Part shown: piece by piece, positions 39,311 to 52,400 of the stretch | Layout: every line of letters begins with the position of its first letter | Position numbering within the stretch: position 1 is the stretch's first letter | Origin: Auanema rhodensis | Taxonomy: Eukaryota > Animalia > Nematoda | Assembly: GCA_964057225.1 (NCBI GenBank) | Contig: OZ059900.1 | Coordinates: 19,964,001-20,028,000 of the forward strand | Direction of reading: 5' to 3' | DNA: 64,000 nucleotides | Notes under the pieces: model-generated | What the model was told of the DNA's origin: nothing | The model's input: the letters and a program-made list of their open reading frames with translations, nothing else | Database searches by the model: none | Program-made: the position numbers and the translations under genes

Positions 39311-42030
39311 ACATACTAAAATGAAGCATTTTACATGCTGAACACTAGAAAAATACAAAAACACAGTATTTCCCATGAGAAATATTTAGTTATGCTGGAA
39401 AACCAGTTTTTGGAAATTTCGCTGTAAACAAGGTTTTGACTTACGATTTCATGTGTTCAAACTCATGCAATGTCAATGAAACCTAGCTCAAAATTGTTCG
39501 TACAACGTCTAGTTCCACTTTCACGACAAAAAAACAGGGGGTAGAAAATTAGGGAAATTAGCATATTCTGAGGGCACGCCCCTTATGGCTAATATTGATT
39601 AAATCGATTTTTGTTCATATGAGTCGTCAAATGCAACGAATTTCAGCGTGTTACATACTAAAATGAAGCATTTTACATGCTGAACACTAGAAAAATACAA
39701 AAACACAGTATTTCCCATGAGAAATATTTTATTATGCTGGAAAACCAGTTTTTGGAAATTTCGCTGTAAACAAGGTTTTGACTTACGATTTCATGTGTTC
39801 AAACTCATGCAATGTCAATGAAACCTAGCTCAAAATTGTTCGTACAACGTCTAGTTCCACTTTCATGACAAAAAAACATGGGTTAGAAAATTAAGGAAAT
39901 TAGCATATTCTGAGGGCACGCCCCTTATGGCTAATATTGATTAAAACGATTTTTGTTCATATGAGTCGTCAAATGCAACGAATTTCAGCGTGTTACATAC
40001 TAAAATGAAGCATTTTACATGCTGAACACTAGAAAAATACAAAAACACAGTATTTCCCATGAGAAATATTTTATTATGCTGGAAAACCAGTTTTTGGAAA
40101 TTTCGCTGTAAACAAGGTTTTGACTTACGATTTCATGTGTTCAAACTCATGCAATGTCAATGAAACCTAGCTCAAAATTGTTCGTACAACGTCTAGTTCC
40201 ACTTTCACGACAAAAAAACAGGGGTTAGAAAATTAAGGAAATTAGCATATTCTGAGGGCACGCCCCTTATGGCTAATATTGATTAAATCGATTTTTGTTC
40301 ATATGAGTCGTCAAATGCAACGAATTTCAGCGTGTTACATACTAAAATGAAGCATTTTACATGCTGAACACTAGAAAAATACAAAAACACAGTATTTCCC
40401 ATGAGAAATATTTTATTATGCTGGAAAACCAGTTTTTGGAAATTTCGCTGTAAACAAGGTTTTGACTTACGATTTCATGTGTTCAAACTCATGCAATGTC
40501 AATGAAACCTAGCTCAAAATTGTTCGTACAACGTCTAGTTCCACTTTCACGACAAAAAAACAGGGGTTAGAAAATTAAGCAAATTAGCATATTCTGAGGG
40601 CACGCCCCTTATGGCTAATATTGATTAAATCGATTTTTGTTCATATGAGTCGTCAAATGCAACGAATTTCAGCGTGTTACATACTAAAATGAAGCATTTT
40701 ACATGCTGAACACTAGAAAAATACAAAAACACAGTATTTCCCATGAGAAATATTTAGTTATGCTGGAAAACCAGTTTTTGGAAATTTCGCTGTAAACAAG
40801 GTTTTGACTTACGATTTCATGTGTTCAAACTCATGCAATGTCAATGAAACCTAGCTCAAAATTGTTCGTACAACGTCTAGTTCCACTTTCACGACAAAAA
40901 AACAGGGGGTAGAAAATTAGGGAAATTAGCATATTCTGAGGGCACGCCCCTTATGGCTAATATTGATTAAATCGATTTTTGTTCATATGAGTCGTCAAAT
41001 GCAACGAATTTCAGCGTGTTACATACTAAAATGAAACATTTTACATGCTGAACACTAGAAAAATACAAAAACACAGTATTTCCCATGAGAAATATTTTAT
41101 TATGCTGGAAAACCAGTTTTTGAAAATTTCGCTGTAAACAAGGTTTTGACTTACGATTTCATGTGTTCAAACTCATGCAATGTCAATGAAACCTAGCTCA
41201 AAATTGTTCGTACAACGTCTAGTTCCACTTTCATGACAAAAAAACATGGGTTAGAAAATTAAGGAAATTAGCATATTCTGAGGGCACGCCCCTTATGGCT
41301 AATATTGATTAAAACGATTTTTGTTCATATGAGTCGTCAAATGCAACGAATTTCAGCGTGTTACATACTAAAATGAAGCATTTTACATGCTGAACACTAG
41401 AAAAATACAAAAACACAGTATTTCCCATGAGAAATATTTTATTATGCTGGAAAACCAGTTTTTGGAAATTTCGCTGTAAACAAGGTTTTGACTTACGATT
41501 TCATGTGTTCAAACTCATGCAATGTCAATGAAACCTAGCTCAAAATTGTTCGTACAACGTCTAGTTCCACTTTCACGACAAAAAAACAGGGGTTAGAAAA
41601 TTAAGGAAATTAGCATATTCTGAGGGCACGCCCCTTATGGCTAATATTGATTAAATCGATTTTTGTTCATATGAGTCGTCAAATGCAACGAATTTCAGCG
41701 TGTTACATACTAAAATGAAGCATTTTACATGCTGAACACTAGAAAAATACAAAAACACAGTATTTCCCATGAGAAATATTTTATTATGCTGGAAAACCAG
41801 TTTTTGGAAATTTCGCTGTAAACAAGGTTTTGACTTACGATTTCATGTGTTCAAACTCATGCAATGTCAATGAAACCTAGCTTAAAATTGTTCGTACAAC
41901 GTCTAGTTCCACTTTCACGACAAAAAAACAGGGGTTAGAAAATTAAGCAAATTAGCATATTCTGAGGGCACGCCCCTTATGGCTAATATTGATTAAATCG
42001 ATTTTTGTTCATATGAGTCGTCAAATGCAA
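39293..42030 (-). repeat. 4-monomer HOR (1368 bp), two copies, directly abutting the junction
   Basis: TTTAGTTA at 39389/40757 and TAAGCAAA at 40580/41948. GGGGGTAG, TCATGAC, CATGGG and AAAACG variants are also paired at 1368 bp. Confidence 0.9.
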
Positions 42031-45000
42031 CGAATTTCAGCGTGTTACATACTAAAATGAAGCATTTTACATGCTGAACACTAGAAAAATACAAAAACAC
42101 AGTATTTCCCATGAGAAATATTTTATTATGCTGGAAAACCAGTTTTTGGAAATTTCGCTGTAAACAAGGTTTTGACTTACGATTTCATGTGTTCAAACTC
42201 ATGCAATGTCAATGAAACCTAGCTCAAAATTGTTCGTACAACGTCTAGTTCCACTTTCACGACAAAAAAACAGGGGTTAGAAAATTAGGGAAATTAGCAT
42301 ATTCTGAGGGCACGCCCCTTATGGCTAATATTGATTAAATCGATTTTTGTTCATATGAGTCGTCAAATGCAACGAATTTCAGCGTGTTACATACTAAAAT
42401 GAAGCATTTTACATGCTGAACACTAGAAAAATACAAAAACACAGTATTTCCCATGAGAAATATTTTATTATGCTGGAAAACCAGTTTTTGGAAATTTCGC
42501 TGTAAACAAGGTTTTGACTTACGATTTCATGTGTTCAAACTCATGCAATGTCAATGAAACCTAGCTCAAAATTGTTCGTACAACGTCTAGTTCCACTTTC
42601 ACGACAAAAAAACAGGGGTTAGAAAATTAAGGAAATTAGCATATTCTGAGGGCACGCCCCTTATGGCTAATATTGATTAAATCGATTTTTGTTCATATGA
42701 GTCGTCAAATGCAACGAATTTCAGCGTGTTACATACTAAAATGAAGCATTTTACATGCTGAACACTAGAAAAATACAAAAACACAGTATTTCCCATGAGA
42801 AATATTTTATTATGCTGGAAAACCAGTTTTTGGAAATTTCGCTGTAAACAAGGTTTTGACTTACGATTTCATGTGTTCAAACTCATGCAATGTCAATGAA
42901 ACCTAGCTCAAAATTGTTCGTACAACGTCTAGTTCCACTTTCACGACAAAAAAACAGGGGTTAGAAAATTAAGGAAATTAGCATATTCTGAGGGCACGCC
43001 CCGTATGGCTAATATTGATTAAATCGATTTTTGTTCATATGAGTCGTCAAATGCAACGAATTTCAGCGTGTTACATACTAAAATGAAGCATTTTACATGC
43101 TGAACACTAGAAAAATACAAAAACACAGTATTTCCCATGAGAAATATTTTATTATGCTGGAAAACCAGTTTTTGGAAATTTCGCTGTAAACAAGGTTTTG
43201 ACTTACGATTTCATGTGTTCAAACTCATGCAATGTCAATGAAACCTAGCTCAAAATTGTTCGTACAACGTCTAGTTCCACTTTCACGACAAAAAAACAGG
43301 GGTTAGAAAATTAAGGAAATTAGCATATTCTGAGGGCACGCCCCTTATGGCTAATATTGATTAAATCGATTTTTGTTCATATGAGTCGTCAAATGCAACG
43401 AATTTCAGCGTGTTACATACTAAAATGAAGCATTTTACATGCTGAACACTAGAAAAATACAAAAACACAGTATTTCCCATGAGAAATATTTTATTATGCT
43501 GGAAAACCAGTTTTTGGAAATTTCGCTGTAAACAAGGTTTTGACTTACGATTTCATGTGTTCAAACTCATGCAATGTCAATGAAACCTAGCTCAAAATTG
43601 TTCGTACAACGTCTAGTTCCACTTTCACGACAAAAAAACAGGGGTTAGAAAATTAAGGAAATTAGCATATTCTGAGGGCACGCCCCTTATGGCTAATATT
43701 GATTAAATCGATTTTTGTTCATATGAGTCGTCAAATGCAACGAATTTCAGCGTGTTACATACTAAAATGAAGCATTTTACATGCTGAACACTAGAAAAAT
43801 ACAAAAACACAGTATTTCCCATGAGAAATATTTTATTATGCTGGAAAACCAGTTTTTGGAAATTTCGCTGTAAACAAGGTTTTGACTTACGATTTCATGT
43901 GTTCAAACTCATGCAATGTCAATGAAACCTAGCTCAAAATTGTTCGTACAACGTCTAGTTCCACTTTCACGACAAAAAAACAGGGGTTAGAAAATTAAGG
44001 AAATTAGCATATTCTGAGGGCACGCCCCTTATGGCTAATATTGATTAAATCGATTTTTGTTCATATGAGTCGTCAAATGCAACGAATTTCAGCGTGTTAC
44101 ATACTAAAATGAAGCATTTTACATGCTGAACACTAGAAAAATACAAAAACACAGTATTTCCCATGAGAAATATTTTATTATGCTGGAAAACCAGTTTTTG
44201 GAAATTTCGCTGTAAACAAGGTTTTGACTTACGATTTCATGTGTTCAAACTCATGCAATGTCAATGAAACCTAGCTCAAAATTGTTCGTACAACGTCTAG
44301 TTCCACTTTCACGACAAAAAAACAGGGGTTAGAAAATTAAGGAAAATAGCATATTCTGAGGGCACGCCCCTTATGGCTAATATTGATTAAATCGATTTTT
44401 GTTCATATGAGTCGTCAAATGCAACGAATTTCAGCGTGTTACATACTAAAATGAAGCATTTTACATGCTGAACACTAGAAAAATACAAAAACACAGTATT
44501 TCCCATGAGAAATATTTTATTATGCTGGAAAACCAGTTTTTGGAAATTTCGCTGTAAACAAGGTTTTGACTTACGATTTCATGTGTTCAAACTCATGCAA
44601 TGTCAATGAAACCTAGCTCAAAATTGTTCGTACAACGTCTAGTTCCACTTTCACGACAAAAAAACAGGGGTTAGAAAATTAGGGAAATTAGCATATTCTG
44701 AGGGCACGCCCCTTATGGCTAATATTGATTAAATCGATTTTTGTTCATATGAGTCGTCAAATGCAACGAATTTCAGCGTGTTACATACTAAAATGAAGCA
44801 TTTTACATGCTGAACACTAGAAAAATACAAAAACACAGTATTTCCCATGAGAAATATTTTATTATGCTGGAAAACCAGTTTTTGGAAATTTCGCTGTAAA
44901 CAAGGTTTTGACTTACGATTTCATGTGTTCAAACTCATGCAATGTCAATGAAACCTAGCTCAAAATTGTTCGTACAACGTCTAGTTCCACTTTCACGACA

Positions 45001-46499
45001 AAAAAACAGGGGTTAGAAAATTACGGAAATTAGCATATTCTGAGGGCACGCCCCTTATGGCTAATATTGATTAAATCAATTTTTGTTCATATGAGTCGTC
45101 AAATGCAACGAATTTCAGCGTGTTACATACTAAAATGAAGCATTTTACATGCTGAACACTAGAAAAATACAAAAACACAGTATTTCCCATGAGAAATATT
45201 TTATTATGCTGGAAAACCAGTTTTTGGAAATTTCGCTGTAAACAAGGTTTTGACTTACGATTTCATGTGTTCAAACTCATGCAATGTCAATGAAACCTAG
45301 CTCAAAATTGTTCGTACAACGTCTAGTTCCACTTTCACGACAAAAAAACAGGGGTTAGAAAATTAAGGAAATTAGCATATTCTGAGGGCACGCCCCTTAT
45401 GGCTAATATTGATTAAATCGATTTTTGTTCATATGAGTCGTCAAATGCAACGAATTTCAGCGTGTTACATACTAAAATGAAGCATTTTACATGCTGAACA
45501 CTAGAAAAATACAAAAACACAGTATTTCCCATGAGAAATATTTTATTATGCTGGAAAACCAGTTTTTGGAAATTTCGCTGTAAACAAGGTTTTGACTTAC
45601 GATTTCATGTGTTCAAACTCATGCAATGTCAATGAAACCTAGCTCAAAATTGTTCGTACAACGTCTAGTTCCACTTTCACGACAAAAAAACAGGGGTTAG
45701 AAAATTAAGGAAAATAGCATATTCTGAGGGCACGCCCCTTATGGCTAATATTGATTAAATCGATTTTTGTTCATATGAGTCGTCAAATGCAACGAATTTC
45801 AGCGTGTTACATACTAAAATGAAGCATTTTACATGCTGAACACTAGAAAAATACAAAAACACAGTATTTCCCATGAGAAATATTTTATTATGCTGGAAAA
45901 CCAGTTTTTGGAAATTTCGCTGTAAACAAGGTTTTGACTTACGATTTCATGTGTTCAAACTCATGCAATGTCAATGAAACCTAGCTCAAAATTGTTCGTA
46001 CAACGTCTAGTTCCACTTTCACGACAAAAAAACAGGGGTTAGAAAATTAGGGAAATTAGCATATTCTGAGGGCACGCCCCTTATGGCTAATATTGATTAA
46101 ATCGATTTTTGTTCATATGAGTCGTCAAATGCAACGAATTTCAGCGTGTTACATACTAAAATGAAGCATTTTACATGCTGAACACTAGAAAAATACAAAA
46201 ACACAGTATTTCCCATGAGAAATATTTTATTATGCTGGAAAACCAGTTTTTGGAAATTTCGCTGTAAACAAGGTTTTGACTTACGATTTCATGTGTTCAA
46301 ACTCATGCAATGTCAATGAAACCTAGCTCAAAATTGTTCGTACAACGTCTAGTTCCACTTTCACGACAAAAAAACAGGGGTTAGAAAATTAAGGAAATTA
46401 GCATATTCTGAGGGTACGCCCCTTATGGCTAATATTGATTAAATCGATTTTTGTTCATATGAGTCGTCAAATGCAACGAATTTCAGCGTGTTACATACT

Positions 46500-49400
46500 A
46501 AAATGAAGCATTTTACATGCTGAACACTAGAAAAACACAAAAACACAGTATTTCCCATGAGAAATATTTTATTATGCTGGAAAACCAGTTTTTGGAAATT
46601 TCGCTGTAAACAAGGTTTTGACTTACGATTTCATGTGTTCAAACTCATGCAATGTCAATGAAACCTAGCTCAAAATTGTTCGTACAACGTCTAGTTCCAC
46701 TTTCACGACAAAAAAACAGGGGTTAGAAAATTAAGGAAAATAGCATATTCTGAGGGCACGCCCCTTATGGCTAATATTGATTAAATTGATTTTTGTTCAT
46801 ATGAGTCGTCAAATGCAACGAATTTCAGCGTGTTACATACTAAAATGAAGCATTTTACATGCTGAACACTAGAAAAATACAAAAACACAGTATTTCCCAT
46901 GAGAAATATTTTATTATGCTGGAAAACCAGTTTTTGGAAATTTCGCTGTAAACAAGGTTTTGACTTACGATTTCATGTGTTCAAACTCATGCAATGTCAA
47001 TGAAACCTAGCTCAAAATTGTTCGTACAACGTCTAGTTCCACTTTCACGACAAAAAAACAGGGGTTAGAAAATTAAGGAAATTAGCATATTCTGAGGGCA
47101 CGCCCCTTATGGCTAATATTGATTAAATCGATTTTTGTTCATATGAGTCGTAAAATGCAACGAATTTCAGCGTGTTACATACTAAAATGAAGCATTTTAC
47201 ATGCTGAACACTAGAAAAATACAAAAACACAGTATTTCCCATGAGAAATATTTTATTATGCTGGAAAACCAGTTTTTGGAAATTTCGCTGTAAACAAGGT
47301 TTTGACTTACGATTTCATGTGTTCAAACTCATGCAATGTCAATGAAACCTAGCTCAAAATTGTTCGTACAACGTCTAGTTCCACTTTCACGACAAAAAAA
47401 CAGGGGTTAGAAAATTAGGGAAATTAGCATATTCTGAGGGCACGCCCCTTATGGCTAATATTGATTAAATCCATTTTTGTTCATATGAGTCGTCAAATGC
47501 AACGAATTTCAGCGTGTTACATACTAAAATGAAGCATTTTACAAGCTGAACACTAGAAAAATACAAAACACAGTATTTCCCATGAGAAATATTTTATTAT
47601 GCTGGAAAACCAGTTTTTGGAAATTTCGCTGTAAACAAGGTTTTGACTTACGATTTCATGTGTTCAAACTCATGCAATGTCAATGAAACCTAGCTCAAAA
47701 TTGTTCGTACAACGTCTAGTTCCACTTTCACGACAAAAAAACAGGGGTTAGAAAATTAAGGAAATTAGCATATTCTGAGGGCACGCCCCTTATGGCTAAT
47801 ATTGATTAAATCGATTTTTGTTCATATGAGTCGTCAAAGGGGACGAATTTCAGCGTGTTACATACTAAAAAGAAGCATTTTACATGCTGAGCACTAGAAA
47901 AATACAAAAACACAGTATTTCCCATGAGAAATATTTTATTATGCTGGAAAACCAGTTTTTGGAAATTTCGCTGTAAACAAGGTTTTGACTTACGATTTCA
48001 TGTGTTCAAACTCATGCAATGTCAATGAAGCTTAGCTCAAAATTGTTCGTACAACGTCTAGTTCCACTTTCACGACAAAAAAACAGGGGTTAGAAAATTA
48101 AGGAAATTAGCATATTCTGAGGGCACGCCCCTTATGGCTAATATTGATTAAATCGATTTTTGTTCATATGAGTCGTCAAAGGGGACGAATTTCAGCGTGT
48201 TACATACTAAAAAGAAGCATTTTACATGCTGAGCACTAGAAAAATACAAAAACACAGTATTTCCCATGAGAAATATTTTATTATGCTGGAAAACCAGTTT
48301 TTGGAAATTTCGCTGTAAACAAGGTTTTGACTTACGATTTCATGTGTTCAAACTCATGCAATGTCAATGAAGCTTAGCTCAAAATTGTTCGTACAACGTC
48401 TAGTTCCACTTTCACGACAAAAAAACAGGGGTTAGAAAATTAAGGAAATTAGCATATTCTGAGGGCACGCCCCTTATGGCTAATATTGATTAAATCGATT
48501 TTTGTTCATATGAGTCGTCAAATGCAACGAATTTCAGCGTGTTACATACTAAAATGAAGCATTTTACATGCTGAACACTAGAAAAATACAAAAACACAGT
48601 ATTTCCCATGAGAAATATTTTATTATGCTGGAAAACCAGTTTTTGGAAATTTCGCTGTAAACAAGGTTTTGACTTACGATTTCATGTGTTCAAACTCATG
48701 CAATGTCAATGAAACCTAGCTCAAAATTGTTCGTACAACGTCTAGTTCCACTTTCACGACAAAAAAACAGGGGTTAGAAAATTAAGGAAATTAGCATATT
48801 CTGAGGGCACGCCCCTTATGGCTAATATTGATTAAATCGATTTTTGTTCATATGAGTCGTCAAATGCAACGAATTTCAGCGTGTTACATACTAAAATGAA
48901 GCATTTTACATGCTGAACACTAGAAAAACACAAAAACACAGTATTTCCCATGAGAAATATTTTATTATGCTGGAAAACCAGTTTTTGGAAATTTCGCTGT
49001 AAACAAGGTTTTGACTTACGATTTCATGTGTTCAAACTCATGCAATGTCAATGAAACCTAGCTCAAAATTGTTCGTACAACGTCTAGTTCCACTTTCACG
49101 ACAAAAAAACAGGGGTTAGAAAATTAAGGAAAATAGCATACTCTGAGGGCACGCCCCTTATGGCTAATATTGATTAAATCGATTTTTGTTCATATGAGTC
49201 GTCAAATGCAACGAATTTCAGCGTGTTACATACTAAAATGAAGCATTTTACATGCTGAACACTAGAAAAATACAAAAACACAGTATTTCCCATGAGAAAT
49301 ATTTTATTATGCTGGAAAACCAGTTTTTGGAAATTTCGCTGTAAACAAGGTTTTGACTTACGATTTCATGTGTTCAAACTCATGCAATGTCAATGAAACC

Positions 49401-52400
49401 TAGCTCAAAATTGTTCGTACAACGTCTAGTTCCACTTTCACGACAAAAAAACAGGGGTTAGAAAATTAAGGAAATTAGCATATTCTGAGGGCACGCCCCT
49501 TATGGCTAATATTGATTAAATCGATTTTTGTTCATATGAGTCGTCAAATGCAACGAATTTCAGCGTGTTACATACTAAAATGAAGCATTTTACATGCTAA
49601 ACACTAGAAAAACACAAAAACACAGTATTTCCCATGAGAAATATTTTATTATGCTGGAAAACCAGTTTTTGGAAATTTCGCTGTAAACAAGGTTTTGACT
49701 TACGATTTCATGTGTTCAAACTCATGCAATGTCAATGAAACCTAGCTCAAAATTGTTCGTACAACGTCTAGTTCCACTTTCACGACAAAAAAACAGGGGT
49801 TAGAAAATTAAGGAAAATAGCATATTCTGAGGGCACGCCCCTTATGGCTAATATTGATTAAATCGATTTTTGTTCATATGAGTCGTCAAATGCAACGAAT
49901 TTCAGCGTGTTACATACTAAAATGAAGCATTTTACATGCTGAACACTAGAAAAATACAAAAACACAGTATTTCCCATGAGAAATATTTTATTATGCTGGA
50001 AAACCAGTTTTTGGAAATTTCGCTGTAAACAAGGTTTTGACTTACGATTTCATGTGTTCAAACTCATGCAATGTCAATGAAACCTAGCTCAAAATTGTTC
50101 GTACAACGTCTAGTTCCACTTTCACGACAAAAAAACAGGGGTTAGAAAATTAAGGAAATTAGCATATTCTGAGGGCACGCCCCTTATGGCTAATATTGAT
50201 TAAATCGATTTTTGTTCATATGAGTCGTAAAATGCAACGAATTTCAGCGTGTTACATACTAAAATGAAGCATTTTACATGCTGAACACTAGAAAAATACA
50301 AAAACACAGTATTTCCCATGAGAAATATTTTATTATGCTGGAAAACCAGTTTTTGGAAATTTCGCTGTAAACAAGGTTTTGACTTACGATTTCATGTGTT
50401 CAAACTCATGCAATGTCAATGAAACCTAGCTCAAAATTGTTCGTACAACGTCTAGTTCCACTTTCACGACAAAAAAACAGGGGTTAGAAAATTAGGGAAA
50501 TTAGCATATTCTGAGGGCACGCCCCTTATGGCTAATATTGATTAAATCCATTTTTGTTCATATGAGTCGTCAAATGCAACGAATTTCAGCGTGTTACATA
50601 CTAAAATGAAGCATTTTACAAGCTGAACACTAGAAAAATACAAAACACAGTATTTCCCATGAGAAATATTTTATTATGCTGGAAAACCAGTTTTTGGAAA
50701 TTTCGCTGTAAACAAGGTTTTGACTTACGATTTCATGTGTTCAAACTCATGCAATGTCAATGAAACCTAGCTCAAAATTGTTCGTACAACGTCTAGTTCC
50801 ACTTTCACGACAAAAAAACAGGGGTTAGAAAATTAAGGAAATTAGCATATTCTGAGGGCACGCCCCTTATGGCTAATATTGATTAAATCGATTTTTGTTC
50901 ATATGAGTCGTAAAATGCAACGAATTTCAGCGTGTTACATACTAAAATGAAGCATTTTACATGCTGAACACTAGAAAAACACAAAAACACAGTATTTCCC
51001 ATGAGAAATATTTTATTATGCTGGAAAACCAGTTTTTGGAAATTTCGCTGTAAACAAGGTTTTGACTTACGATTTCATGTGTTCAAACTCATGCAATGTC
51101 AATGAAACCTAGCTCAAAATTGTTCGTACAACGTCTAGTTCCACTTTCACGACAAAAAAACAGGGGTTAGAAAATTAAGGAAAATAGCATATTCTGAGGG
51201 CACGCCCCTTATGGCTAATATTGATTAAATCGATTTTTGTTCATATGAGTCGTCAAATGCAACGAATTTCAGCGTGTTACATACTAAAATGAAGCATTTT
51301 ACATGCTGAACACTAGAAAAATACAAAAACACAGTATTTCCCATGAGAAATATTTTATTATGCTGGAAAACCAGTTTTTGGAAATTTCGCTGTAAACAAG
51401 GTTTTGACTTACGATTTCATGTGTTCAAACTCATGCAATGTCAATGAAACCTAGCTCAAAATTGTTCGTACAACGTCTAGTTCCACTTTCACGACAAAAA
51501 AACAGGGGTTAGAAAATTAAGGAAATTAGCATATTCTGAGGGCACGCCCCTTATGGCTAATATTGATTAAATCGATTTTTGTTCATATGAGTCGTAAAAT
51601 GCAACGAATTTCAGCGTGTTACATACTAAAATGAAGCATTTTACATGCTGAACACTAGAAAAATACAAAAACACAGTATTTCCCATGAGAAATATTTTAT
51701 TATGCTGGAAAACCAGTTTTTGGAAATTTCGCTGTAAACAAGGTTTTGACTTACGATTTCATGTGTTCAAACTCATGCAATGTCAATGAAACCTAGCTCA
51801 AAATTGTTCGTACAACGTCTAGTTCCACTTTCACGACAAAAAAACAGGGGTTAGAAAATTAGGGAAATTAGCATATTCTGAGGGCACGCCCCTTATGGCT
51901 AATATTGATTAAATCCATTTTTGTTCATATGAGTCGTCAAATGCAACGAATTTCAGCGTGTTACATACTAAAATGAAGCATTTTACATGCTGAACACTAG
52001 AAAAATACAAAAACACAGTATTTCCCATGAGAAATATTTTATTATGCTGGAAAACCAGTTTTTGGAAATTTCGCTGTAAACAAGGTTTTGACTTACGATT
52101 TCATGTGTTCAAACTCATGCAATGTCAATGAAACCTAGCTCAAAATTGTTCGTACAACGTCTAGTTCCACTTTCACGACAAAAAAACAGGGGTTAGAAAA
52201 TTAAGGAAATTAGCATATTCTGAGGGCACGCCCCTTATGGCTAATATTGATTAAATCGATTTTTGTTCATATGAGTCGTAAAATGCAACGAATTTCAGCG
52301 TGTTACATACTAAAATGAAGCATTTTACATGCTGAACACTAGAAAAATACAAAAACACAGTATTTCCCATGAGAAATATTTTATTATGCTGGAAAACCAG

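Noticed and set aside
39000-39600. Junction as a palindromic/chimeric read artefact or a transposon footprint
   Set aside because: The flanking monomers are not exact mirrors and each arm has private amplified variants. There is no foreign sequence, TIR or TSD. A scaffold misjoin cannot be fully excluded without reads.
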